Origin: Vairimorpha necatrix
Lineage: Eukaryota
Assembly: GCA_036630325.1 (NCBI GenBank)
Contig: CP142729.1
Location: forward strand, 434,001-498,000
Length of the DNA: 64,000 nt
Direction of reading: 5' to 3'
In this document: positions 43,321 through 55,684 of the stretch, in pieces
How the letters are laid out: each line of letters opens with the position of its first letter
How positions within the stretch are numbered: position 1 is the stretch's first letter
Program-made: the position numbers and the translations under genes
Notes under the pieces: model-generated
The model's database searches: none
The model's input: the letters and a program-made list of their open reading frames with translations, nothing else
What the model was told of the DNA's origin: nothing

Positions 43321-46300
43321 AATTATCTTCCTTTTATATATATATATATATCTACAAAGAAGGATTTGACACTGTTTGAGTCTTGCGAATGTTAAAAGGA
43401 AATATGCAAACATAAAATCTAGAACAGATTATCATTATGAAATTTTAAAAAAAAGAAAATAAAACTGCATACTATATAAATTTTGTTTTTGCCGCAATGA
43501 AACGGTATCAAGGATGAAATTGTAAAAATTGAAAAGAAGATAATATTTATCTATAAGCCTTTCAATATAAAAACTTTTATGAAAAATTATTGTTTAAAGT
43601 CTTCATAAGGCATTAAATGTTTATTTTTAAGGTTCAGCGTAATGTAAAAAGGACTAAATGAATATAGTAGATAAAGGAAAAACGTATGACCCTATCAGGC
43701 AAATATATTTTTTTAATATGTTAAGTTGATATACTACCTTTTTACATGCATATTATCTGGTCCTAAATAGATATATAATGGAAAAAAAATTACGATTTAT
43801 TTTATATAAAAATTCTGTCCCGAAAATATCGAATTTTAATATCATATGTTAGTATCTTTTATTTTCAAATATGATGGATAAATAATAACAAACAAATAAG
43901 AAATGTACGAACCGTGATGCAAAACATCTATACTAAGTAACGGGGATTTTTTATCCTTTTAAGTTTCAAAATTTTTAAGTCTTTTAGAACAGCAATTAAG
44001 CTTCCTACCTTGTAACAAAAGTATTTAAAAATCAAAGCTTTTAGCAAAATTCATTCACCAAATAATAACATTAAATGAACTGGAAGATGCTGTTAAGATA
44101 ACTAAAAACAAAGAATAAAAAATGTAAGTAAGGCAATTCCATTAACATTAAATTTCATTAATTTATTCAGAATCTCATAATTAAAAACAAAAAAAAAACG
44201 TTTCAAGCATGATTAACCCCCTCCAAAGAAAAAAAGGCCGGATTTATCTTTAATTCGCCAAGAGTTAGGAACCAAAAAGGTCTTTCCATATTAAAATTTT
44301 GTCTAATAACCCGCGCAAATTTTAATTTATAGTGTATAATCTCCAAATTATAAAAAAAAATTAGATGCATTTAAAAAGTTATACTTTTGTTTGAGAGAAT
44401 ACTCTAAAAAGAAACACAAAATAAACAATATCTGTAAAAACCCCGTCTTGCTAGTCAAGAGTGCTCTGTAAAATACGTAACATCGTAGGTTAACACAGTA
44501 AAGAGCAAGTCATGAAAGGATTCGCAAAATCTTAATCATTTACAAAAGGTTGAAAATTTTGTTTAAGAGAATATCCTTTACATTTTTTAATATTTTTATC
44601 AGAAAGAAAAGTTAGTTAGAAATAACATATATCAAGTTATTGATATGGGCTTTTAATAAAAATAATGAATGTCGTTTTATGGTGCGATTCTTCCTGTCGT
44701 GTTTTACAATAATGTCATTAAATATCTTAAACATTGTACAAACATTAAAGAATATTTAAATGTTTATGAAAGTTAAAAAAACAAGACAATGAACTTATAA
44801 AAAACACAAAGATAGTTTTTAATTATGATCCTTGTTAGAATAAATTAAAAAATTAAAAAAAATCTACTCCTAAAAAATAGATACCAGTTAAACCTAGCGC
44901 AAAAACGACGAAAAACTCTATATCTGTATATTGAGATTGGGCGAGTCTGTAAAAAAGGAGAAATTTCTCAAATTAATGTTTTGTTTGCTCGCTCAAAGCT
45001 GCTGCAAGAAACAGAGCGCTTAGGTAATTGTAAAAAAAAATAGGATAATTTTTCAAAAAATTATAAAAAATACGGGGTATATGTTTCGAGCAGCAGTTAT
45101 ATGAACATTCAATGCATTATATTGGCATTTATTCTCAGTTTTAAACAAAATGGGACAGAATTACAATATATAGTTCTCAGAGTAACAAGAAAGACACATT
45201 TTTCAGATTACATAATTTATAAAGTAGCTCATAAATGTACGGAAACATTATTTTGAGCCGGAGTGAATTGACACCTCTAAATAAAAGGGAGTCGCGATTA
45301 AAGAAATTAAATCTCAGCAGAGATTGTTTACAAAGCAGAAAATTATGATTTTAGTTATATATAAAATAAATAAATGTATAAATAGTTAAATTATTTTCAA
45401 CCTAGGCCTAAACATAACATGCAAATATATAAAAATTTTCAAAGAGACATGCTATCTAGTAAAAACGTAAAAAAAGAAAATTATTTAATATTTGGACAAT
45501 GAAATTTAGCTTTGTAATAAAGTTACAAAAACAAAAAACTAAATTCAAAGAACTTAAAAATCTCATTTACTCTAAAATTTCATTGAACACAACAATATAC
45601 GTTTAGTCGTTAGACACATAAAATAAATTAGAGACAAATATGATATCTATAAATTAAGGCTTCTTTAGATTTTCAAAGTTGCGTCATGGCCATAGCATAG
45701 GCTTTGAAGTTCTTATTAATTCAAAAATTTGTAAGCAGTATTGATATTATGTGTTAGGCATTTGCTTCCTTATTCACTGCAATCAGAGATTGGTTTATTC
45801 TGCGTAATTATGCAAAAATTTGTATTTTTTGAGTAAAAACAATATTCGATTATCAGAGTAAAAAAAAAATGGCTATTCCAAAATTTATTCGATTCTGGCA
45901 TAAAAATATTGTTTTATAGTATAAATTTTAAATTATTGCAAATTACTCTCCTTTTATGTGTTTTAATTATAAATTTTTTTTTTATTTTTATGTAAATAAA
46001 ATAAAACTGTGGTTTTGGCAACGGGGAGGCGGCCTATTTAAGTGACCTAAAAGACAGCTCACCTTGCTATATTATTTAGAAAGTTTTCAATAGTAATGTT
46101 TATTTTGAAGCCCGTGAGGGCTAATGCCGTTCTTCTTGTGAGAAAACGGTTCGGTATTAGGGCCTACCCGTTGTACTTATTAAAGTAAAATCTTTCGAAA
46201 TGCACATTTGCGATAGTTTTTAAGTAAAAATCAAAGAAAATATATATCTATTTTATTTTCTAGAAAAAGCATTTGAGAAATGGTGAGATGAAAATTCAAT

Positions 46301-46470
46301 AATGTGGTAAATAATACGACAAAATTATTTCAAAATAGTAAAACATCAAAAAAAATCACTATGTGACAATTATACATAGTTTTAAATACTTTCTCTTTAA
46401 AGTGTATTTTTAACACATAATTATAATAAGAGTTACAAAATGACTTATGCATGATTACATAAAAAGCAAT

Positions 46471-47209
46471 TGTTAAAGATAATTGTAAATTAAGGTATAT
46501 ATTTTTTAAAATATATTCTCAAAATCCCCGCGTTAAAAATAGAACTGAGTTATGTAATTACCCCTACTACTTTCTACGACTATTATTTGGTTCACAAAAT
46601 AAAAGTGGATTTTTATATATAGTGGCCATGGGCTGTGTGTTACTCTTTCGGTAATCACTAACCCTCTCGTATTAGTCTTTACGGTGCTTTTTTCCCCTTT
46701 AAAATACATAAAGTTTATGAACATGGGATTTTTCTTAACAAATGTCTTCCCAACAATGGACCCGGATTTTATCCGTCTATCTCATTCTTCAACTACAACA
46801 CAATTTCTTTTGATTTTATTATCTTTCTAAATATCTCTAAATTTTATGACTATGGTGGTTCATCTATCTTGCCACAATAGCTTAAATGTGATAGTGGGAT
46901 TACTACTAACTACATCTGTCATGTCTTGTGCCAGATCTTATTGTAGTCAATACTGTTCCTTTGCTACTATCCATAGCTCCTCAACTTCCTCACATATCCG
47001 GGTCCCCCGATTGATGCAAGTCACTACCTTCTTTACTGTTATAATCAACCTCCCCATTTTACATATACTGCATTTTTCCGCCTCACACCACGGCGGTACT
47101 TACGACTGCTTCTTTTGTTTATGTTTTGGTTCGATAATTTTTTATTTTCCACCATGTTAAAGATAATTACAGGTTAAGGATATACTTTAATGAATATATA
47201 TTCTCAACG
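46471..47209 (-). mobile_element. Older, diverged copy of the TRIM at 19420-20170
   Basis: Degenerate ~55-bp repeats at 46471 and 47155 (TGTTAAAGATAATT...TATATTCTCAA), the same TCCCCG and TCCACCA junctions, and a colinear internal region (e.g. TGCCAGATCTTATT, TATCCGGGTC). Confidence 0.85.
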
Positions 47210-48769
47210 AAAATAAATATTTTATATAAAATAGCCAAACTACAAATACTGAGATCATTTTTTAGAAAAAATTTTAAATAAGTTAATAATGTATTTTGAG
47301 TTCCTTTTAGATACAAAGAAATATGCCCGTAATAACCTATTTTTGAAAAAATCACATCAAGATATTTTTTAAGTATACAACAATTTTAGATAATATCATT
47401 AATGAATATGAGTTTTATTTTTATCATTTTTTAAATATGAGTCTATATAATTTTTCATTCTGCCGTAAATGAAGACTTTTTTAGCTTTTAACAGATCGTA
47501 AAAATAATATAATTAGTTTTTATCTAATAGAATACAGAGGAAATTTGATTTTAAACAATTTTTAACAGCTTATTATGATATTTATCCTTTTCTCAATTTT
47601 TTCATTGCAAAAATTGATACTATGACTTTAAACATAATATTATTATTTTATTACAAATAATCCAATCTTAGTTGATTTATGTAAAAATGAAAATATTAAT
47701 ATAGAACGGATTATACCTTTATTATTAATAATGTTATTATTTGATATATTGAAATTATTATTTTGAAAAGTAGATAACATGAAAGTTAAAAAAATAAATT
47801 TTAATTGCAAAAAATATATATATAAAAATTGTGAAATAATAACAGGATCTGTTTAATAATATATTTATTAAGTTTTCTCTTTTTATGTGAATAAATTTAC
47901 GATAAATTTTCTAAATGTGTATATAATATCTATAAAGCTTTCGTATATATATAAAAAATTATTAACTGAGTGTGTTCAACATGTCTATTTTCCATCGCAA
48001 GTAATAGGTACGTGAAACCCTACATAAGCACTGGGGGACTTGGGTGTGATCCTTATTCGACTGATATCTTAATATTTTTCATTATAACTTCATCCATATA
48101 TCTTGCCAATGCAGCGAGTTCTGCCGGATTCATTGGACGGTAGCTCCAGAATCTTTTTTCTTACATGCAAAAAAACGCAACCAGATTGACTCACAACGCC
48201 TTTTTTAGGGCATGGGTTTAATAACAAAGAGAAACATTATTTTACTGGCTCATAGGCTCTACAATCATCTTTTTAATAATACTGCTCATTACACCGCCCA
48301 CCGCCAACTCAGCCTTTTATTGGACTATGTTGATCACCAGTTTTCAACTGGTTTCGGAAACCGTGTTTCCGAATCTGGTAGGATAGTTTCTACGAGAACT
48401 GCAATTGCTCTACGTCGTAAATTTTTTAGTTAGTTCTAAGATCCCACTCTAGAGTGCACCAGCCATTGGCTTCAACTTGTTCGTACCAATCAGATACTCC
48501 TACGCATCATGCAGTTCCCAGGATTTTTACTGTTTTCTTCGGCTAAAATACGCGTTTCTTTACAAGATAATAATACCTGTGGCATCTAACCCGTCAAATT
48601 TATCATTTTTGACATTTCTTAATTTGTTTAACCTAAAAAAAAAAACAATAAAAACTATAAAACAAAATCACATTCTTTGTTCTTTAGGGATGGAAGATAA
48701 ACAAAAAAGAATTTCTAATTACAATTTATCTTTAAGAGCGTTGTATCTTAGAAGGAGATACAACAATAC

Positions 48770-49962
48770 GGCGCAACGGTCTGAGCCCAGACTTTCCCTT
48801 TTTTTTACAAACTAAATCCGGGCACAGACCGTAAAGTGGAGAAATGTTTTTTACGAACCATATTCCAAGACTCGAAATTTCACAGATTTGTTCAATTTTC
48901 ATTTATATTAAGATTTCTTGAGCTATAAACTATTTTGTTTTTTAGATGATTTTTTCAAAATATTCTACCCTTATGGTATGTCTAGAGCAACTTGACAGTA
49001 GGTCAAAAATCTTCCAAGACCCACATGAGGCAATATGTTGGCTAGTGGATGCAAATCTACTAAAAACAGCCATAGAATGTACGAATTATCCTGTAATAAT
49101 GGTATAAACTCCGTATGATTTGTACGTAGACTGCCACCGGTTAAAGTGTAGGGGAAAGACAGGATGTAAAACATCAATGGGAGTTTTTGATTAAACTTCA
49201 TTTTCCTGTCCCCGAATACCTATACATAATTATTTGTATATTCTGTATTCATTTACTGAAACGCAGTCTACACCAAACTTAAACAAAAATTCCCATGCGA
49301 CAACCTCCGGTGTCTTCAGGGCTGAAAAAAATATACTAAGCACTGAAAAGGAAAACATCAAGCACTAAAAAAAATAGAAGGTGTTGAAAAAGTGACACAA
49401 AACGATGAAAATGTCATATAAAAGGTAAATTTGTAGATCCACCATCGGAAAGATATGGCACAGTTAAAAACAAAACGTTTGATTGGTACAATAGACGCGC
49501 GAACATTAGAATAGAGAATCGAGATAGTGCCTAACCGAACTATCGAGACGATGATTCGAATGTTAAAAAATACATAAAAAACGAAACTATTTGTATAACT
49601 AATGGGCACAAATCCTAACCCGCAGCAGTAGAATCCATCAATTCTAATCATCGCGTTTAGTTCACGATGACGGCTTCAAAAACGAAGCATAAAAGACCAC
49701 AAATTCAATAGAAGGTGTCTGGTCACATCTTAAATGTGATATAATAGCTAGAAAAGGAATCAAAGAAAAAGCGATCCCAGGTTTTTTGGAGGTATTTTAA
49801 TGAAGAAGAAGACGTGCAACATATGAAATATTAAGAGTTGCAGAGAGTTTTTCGATGAAATTATCAAATTTTTTTAAAATAAAATGCTTTTTTTATTATT
49901 TTTTGTTTCTCTAATATGTTCCCCACTTATAGACAAAAAGTCCGGGCTCAGACCGTTGCGCC
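48770..49962 (+). mobile_element. Decayed Merlin (IS1595/ISXO2-like) DNA transposon
   Basis: TIR GGCGCAACGGTCTGAGCCC.GACTTT at both ends, with flanks ACAATAC and ATAATAC. Relic transposase motifs IVPNRTIETM and TNSIEGVWSHLK, with stops. Confidence 0.85.
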
Positions 49963-50075
49963 ATAATACTATTGTGGCTAGACGCAACAAGTTCCATTGA
50001 ATTTACTAGTATTAAAAAACACATATTAATCATTTGAGTTATTCCAACTGCATGATATAAAGTAGAATCATTATA

Positions 50076-50145
50076 GTCTCATATGGGATTCGAACCCAGT
50101 ATTGTCAATAGAAGCTCTGCTTTCTATTACTAGGCTAGAGGAATG
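50076..50145 (-). pseudogene. tRNA-like (pseudo-tRNA or SINE head) sequence
   Basis: Good T-arm/B-box TGGGTTCGAATCCCA and an A-box-like TAGCCTAGTAA, but no proper acceptor or anticodon arm. Confidence 0.4.
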
Positions 50146-51454
50146 TGTGCAACACGAGGTCTGATCGAAAATGGATAAAATTATCAAAAATTATTTTGCT
50201 TGAATTTTATATATTTAAACTCATAATGAAGGATAATGACTGGAAAATAAATAAATAAAAAATATTAAATAAAGACTATTCAAAAGGAAAAAATATTAAA
50301 ATAAAATTATCTAATTTGTGGTTTTTATAATAACATCAAAGTGCATTAGTTACAGTTTAAGGTGCAAAAATTCACCGGACACGTTCACTTTCCTTTTTTC
50401 AACCCCTAAAAAATGAAGAGCAAAAAGTGAGGAACAGCACTAGCACACAAATTACTATTATCTTAAGTAGTAAAGTTCCAAATAAAGATGTATTACATAT
50501 ACAATTTATTTCAAATAATGTGCGTATAACGAACTATTTATTTATAATCAATTTGACTTATTTTATATACAAATATTTGGTATCGAAAAAATTTGTTTTA
50601 ATTGTGAATCATGCTTTTAGTCACTTTATACCTGTCTGCTATTATATTTAAAAAGTTCGTTTTTTTAAAAGAAAATTTTTGAAAAGATATCTTTCTATAT
50701 AAACTATTTAAAAAAGAAAAAAAATTTTAACTATGAGTAAAAAATGATTATAATTTAAGTTTCATATATAAAGATATAATTACTATTTTTAAAAGCGTAA
50801 GTTTTTAAATATTTTTGTATTCTTCTTGCTTCTTTTTGGCATTTAATTTTTTAGGCGAAAAAATAAGTAAATCCCCCCGGGACGGGGTGTTTCAAGCCAA
50901 CTCCGCTTTATCCTCCAGAGTAGCTTTTTGACATTACATTTGGTGAGACAATACTTACAGCCCCCGCATTTAGGGGTGTTTGATTTTTTCTTGGACCTTA
51001 AAAATGAAGTGCAAAAAAGTAGAAGCAAGCATTAGCACTTAAATTACTTGCATTTTTAAGCATCAAACGAACCAAATAATTAGAAATTTAAGGATAATTT
51101 TTTTTTAAAAAAATTTGTCTCACTTGAACCATAAATTTCTAATTGGCTAAATATTTTCAAATATACAATTTTTAATTAAAAAACCGTCTAGATTTGAGAA
51201 TATAAAGTTAATTTTTTTTTTGTATCTAGTGGTATTATTTATTTTGTTTATAGGTTTATATTAAAACAAGATTATAAATAAATCTACATTTACAATAAAT
51301 TAACAATTAAAGAAATCGAATGGGTAAAAAATGCAACATAATTATTTTGAATTAAAATCAATTTTCATAACTATCATGTATCGAGGGTATACGGCCATTT
51401 TTAAAAAACTCTAAACAGTTTTTAATGTAATGTGTTTAATTATGGTTTTTATTT

Positions 51455-51737
51455 AGGAATAAAAGATTTATTGAGTTAATTTTCAATTATGTTTAGATAT
51501 TCATAGCACAGCTTTCCCCGGTATCGCTCATGGGATTCAGCTCTTCACAGACTTTGGTTTCTGTGGAATTATTAATGTTTTCCAACTTCACTTTAGCAGC
51601 TTCATTCCCCTTTGCCGACACCACTTCTTTAACAGTCGCCATATTCGCTAGTGCGCTTACAGCTCTAGCCACTTCTTCTTCTCCTGCATCCTCCTGATCG
51701 TATCCTCGTCGTCGTTCCAAAGAGATGGACTCTAGAG
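51455..51737 (-). mobile_element. Short 3'-terminal fragment of an RLE non-LTR element
   Basis: Begins LESISLERRRG, the C-terminal motif also seen in the other copies; AATAAA follows the stop. Confidence 0.6.
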
Positions 51738-51837
51738 ATTATGGTTTTTATAATATTTATTGTTACTATTTAATGAGTCTCTTTTGATCGTTTCCGCGTA
51801 CGATTTTCTGCAAAATTTTTTATATATTTTATTTTTA

Positions 51838-52032
51838 ATTTATTATTCTTTGTCAACACTAAACACAAACATTGGCGTACTTACGAATGTAGTAACGACC
51901 ATGCAACTTTCGTTTGTTTGGTTGTTTGTGCGACTCTTCTTGACAGGCCACTTGTGAGATGTTCACCGGTTGATAGTTTTGACATATGATAGCATTGACA
52001 GCTGCTTGTGTGATGTAGTGATGTACATCACA
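51838..52032 (-). repeat. Dispersed repeat A, copy 2
   Basis: Inverted homolog of 35694-35883. Confidence 0.8.
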
Positions 52033-52552
52033 ATAACTAAGTATATTTTTAATCTATATTTACAATACAATAAGTGCTTCGAAATTTTTGTCTACTTTTA
52101 GCTCCTCCTTTTTGCATTTGATTTTTTGGGTTAGAAAAAAATTGTAGCGCCTCAAATTTTGGGGCTGTAAGTTCTCTTTGGCCCTTACATTCATATTACT
52201 TTGTCGCCTGTCACTTATATCATTCCCATGTGACGTGTCAGAAGAATCACAAAAAATTTGGGATATTGATTGCAGCACAAAGGTTTCCGACACTAATAAA
52301 TACTTAAAACTATTGTTGCCTATATAAAATTACTTGAAAAATTTAAAAATTTTAAATTTTTAGCAAAAAGCTTTATGGGTTCAGATATATGTCAAATATA
52401 TTTAGATCAATCTTTAGGTAATAAGCACATGATCTTTGATTACTTTATAATAACTAACAAATGCGATAATCCAACAAATTAATGAAAAAAGATATTTATT
52501 AAAAAGATTTTCATTTACTTCTCTTTATTTTCTTAAAAAGTTATCCCTATTT

Positions 52553-53464
52553 ATGTTGGCATATAACTTTGTAATAGCTTGTTGTACACAGATTTCAAAT
52601 AGCACAGCAACACTTAGAACAATCGAATCACACAATAATGGTCTAACATTCAATATAGCCGCAAATGAGAAACATCTTCCCATTAAAAAGAGAAAAAGAA
52701 AAATGTTAGAATTAGATAATATATTAAAAAAAAATATGAATTGTCAGCATGAAACGAATACTTTAGAATATAATAATCTTAATATTTTTTGTAATATTTA
52801 TTATGAGAAATTAAATTTGTATGCAGAAAAAAATAACAAGAACAGAAACAAATTTACGAAACAAATTACTTCTACTGAATTTAAAACATCATCTGATAGT
52901 TTATTTAATCAAATCAGAATTTGGAATTCTGAAGATAGGGAAATTGATATCAAACATATGAAAATCATATCTGATAATAAAAAAAAGGAAATTAAAATGT
53001 TGAAGAAAGCTAGAAATGATATCAACAAACTTTTTAGACATTTTAAAGAAAATTTGGACACATGTTTCACAATTCTAAAAAATGGTATAAAAAATTCGAC
53101 TATAGAGGAAACACAAAAAATTATGTTCAGCGATCAACTACTTTTTTTTGAATATCTCATAAAATATATTAATCAAATGGTATCAGTTAAATTCCGCTAT
53201 AACTCTTCAAGCAACATATTAATTTCAAAATATAGCAATATCCCCAACCGACTATATATTTTAAAGGATATATTTCAAGTTTTAGAGAAATACAAAGTTT
53301 TCAAATTAAGTATGCAAAATACTAAAATATTTTGCCATAACAATTCTGAAAAAAATGCATTGAACGAAATAGGAGAAAAGTTAAAAACCCTTTTTTTAAA
53401 TTTGAATAGCATAGCCATGAATGTTTTTAGTATTGTATCTAATCTTACAATACTTAGACTTTAA
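52553..53464 (+). CDS. Lineage-specific protein with a short hydrophobic N-terminus and NLS-like PIKKRKRK
   Basis: 303-aa ORF with CCCTATTTATG start context; no family recognised. Confidence 0.7.
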   Translation: MLAYNFVIACCTQISNSTATLRTIESHNNGLTFNIAANEKHLPIKKRKRKMLELDNILKKNMNCQHETNTLEYNNLNIFCNIYYEKLNLYAEKNNKNRNKFTKQITSTEFKTSSDSLFNQIRIWNSEDREIDIKHMKIISDNKKKEIKMLKKARNDINKLFRHFKENLDTCFTILKNGIKNSTIEETQKIMFSDQLLFFEYLIKYINQMVSVKFRYNSSSNILISKYSNIPNRLYILKDIFQVLEKYKVFKLSMQNTKIFCHNNSEKNALNEIGEKLKTLFLNLNSIAMNVFSIVSNLTILRL

Positions 53465-54501
53465 TATTAAATTAATCTTACGCTATATATTTTTTGTTTA
53501 TTTGTAGCTGTATGAAGGCTTTGCGAAGCAATTCTAAAAATATTCCTATTTTTATGTATTTAATCTATTATTAAATTTCGATTAAAAAAAACAATGAACA
53601 ATAATTAAAATAAATTTATATAGAATGCAATAATATATATATATTGACTAAAATTTATGGTATAGTTTAAACCATATAAAAACACATTCCTTTTATTAGA
53701 TTACATATAATTACTGCGATTTAAAATACTACATTACAAGTACAGATGTCAAATATCATCTGCACTTATTTCTGGTATCTTGAATATGCCTTTTACGGGC
53801 CGCTAAGATGAGTCATGCAATCAAACCAACAAATTGAAGTTGTCGGTTATTATAAATATCGAAAGCTCACCGATGTTTGTAATTATTGTCAAGACAATTA
53901 ATACAATATTAAAAGTTAAGAAGTTTGTAAAGAGGTGGACTATGCGCCTGCGATAAATATTGTTCTATAAGAAATAACGATAAGATTAACAAAAATTAAA
54001 ATAAAAATAATTACATGAAAAAGCTAAAAAAATTACTTTAAACATAGCCAATTCGCACAAATATATAACAATTGCCATCATCTTATAATATTCTACTTTT
54101 AAAAGAATTTTTTATTTAAATTAGTTTTTAGTTTGTTCATATTTGCATTTCTAACTTTCTCAATACTTTAATACAAAAACAAACCAAATATCAGAATTTT
54201 TGTTATTTCTCTTATCTTACAAAACTAAACTATAATGTCTAAAGCCATTATGACCTATGTAACAGAAACAGCTTAAGACCCACTTTTGTATGGATATAGA
54301 TGTTTAAGAGACTGGAAGATATGCCATAAGATGTTTGTAGATACATAGCTGATATCTTTATGTTGATGCTCAAAGAACCAAATTTAATTGCACTAGATCT
54401 TTTTTAGTTTTACTTATAGCTGGTTAACGTATAGTTATAAAACGCATCGAAAAGTATATTTTATATAGATTGTGTATCTTTCGGAAATATAGCGACTTAA
54501 C

Positions 54502-55684
54502 GGTACATGACCGTTTGGAACCCGCTTTGGGAAAATGAACCCGCATTGAAAAATTAAAGGACCCCCTTTCAAAAAATGGCAAGATTGACAAAAACAAATT
54601 TTGTTGAAGAAGATGAGCTTTTTAGTGATGAAATGTTTTTAAACATGGAAATAAATGAAAATTTTATTTTGGAAACATTTTATGATGCTGAGACAGCGTG
54701 TATCTTTCTGGCACGCAGTTCATTAATACAAAACAACTTTTTTTGTACTGTATGCAGCTCTGAAAGGCCAATGAAATTGATTAGAAGAATAAGATTATTA
54801 GACAAATATGTTTGGAATTGCACGAAACCTTGTACGGCTTCTAAATCTGTCAGAAAAGACTCTATTTTTGAAAATACCAAAATAAGTTTTTATAAAATTA
54901 TAAGAATGATATATAAGTATATCAAAAGAGTTTCCTTTCTCGATATAGCAAATGATCTTGAGCTAGACAGAAAAACCGTAAGTACATATGGTATGCTCTG
55001 CAGAGATCGCATAATCGAGGAAGTGACCAATAATAGCCAGAGGTTAGGAGGTCGTGATGAGTTAGGCATTCCTAAAGTAGTGGAGATCGACGAGAGTCTA
55101 TTCTTTCGTGCCAAATATAATCGTGGCAATCATACCACAGGTCAGTGGTATGTAGGAGGAGTTGAAAGAGGTTCTAGAAAGGCCTTTCTCGTCCCTGTAG
55201 CTAGTAGAAGTACTGCTACGCTTCTTGAGGTAATACAAGATAATGTATTGCCTGGTTCTATTGTGATCACTGATCAATGGAGAGCATATGGTGCTGCATT
55301 TAGACAAATCACAGGGATGGAGCATAGGACTGTCAATCACTCTATCAATTTCGTAAATCCTAACGATCCCGAGACACATACTCAACAAATTGAAGGATTT
55401 TGGTCTCTTTCGAAGAGAGATATTCGGTCTAGACATGGAATAAACCAGGACGAGCACTATGAGTATCTTTTACAGTTTCTATGGTCTTATCAAATACCAA
55501 AAAACCAAAGAATTAATCGACTTCTTTCATTATTCAAAATAAATCGTTAAGTCTCTTTTTTTATAATTTTTTTTATTTTTCCCTTTTTTTTGAATTTTTC
55601 AATGCGGGTTCATTTTCCCAAAGCGGGTTCATTTTCCCAATGCGGGTTCATTTTCCCAAAGCGGGTTCCAAACGGTCATGTACC
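54502..55684 (+). mobile_element. Intact Merlin-superfamily DNA transposon
   Basis: TIR GGTACATGACCGTTTGGAACCCGCTTTGGGAAAATGAACCCGCATTG at both ends, a perfect 8-bp TSD GACTTAAC (54494-54501 and 55685-55692), and an uninterrupted transposase. Confidence 0.96.
54576..55550 (+). CDS. Merlin/ISXO2-like DDE transposase
   Basis: VVEIDES, YNRG, VGGVER, VITDQW, TVNHS and TQQIEGFWS, with an N-terminal CxxC...CxxxC. Confidence 0.95.
   Translation: MARLTKTNFVEEDELFSDEMFLNMEINENFILETFYDAETACIFLARSSLIQNNFFCTVCSSERPMKLIRRIRLLDKYVWNCTKPCTASKSVRKDSIFENTKISFYKIIRMIYKYIKRVSFLDIANDLELDRKTVSTYGMLCRDRIIEEVTNNSQRLGGRDELGIPKVVEIDESLFFRAKYNRGNHTTGQWYVGGVERGSRKAFLVPVASRSTATLLEVIQDNVLPGSIVITDQWRAYGAAFRQITGMEHRTVNHSINFVNPNDPETHTQQIEGFWSLSKRDIRSRHGINQDEHYEYLLQFLWSYQIPKNQRINRLLSLFKINR

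Noticed and set aside
47990..48560. GC-richer tract, possibly the 3' end of another RLE/R2-like element on the minus strand
   Set aside because: The motifs are too degraded to support a call.
55600..55670. 19-bp repeats resembling a CRISPR array
   Set aside because: They are tandem with no spacers, form the subterminal repeats of the Merlin element, and the context is eukaryotic.
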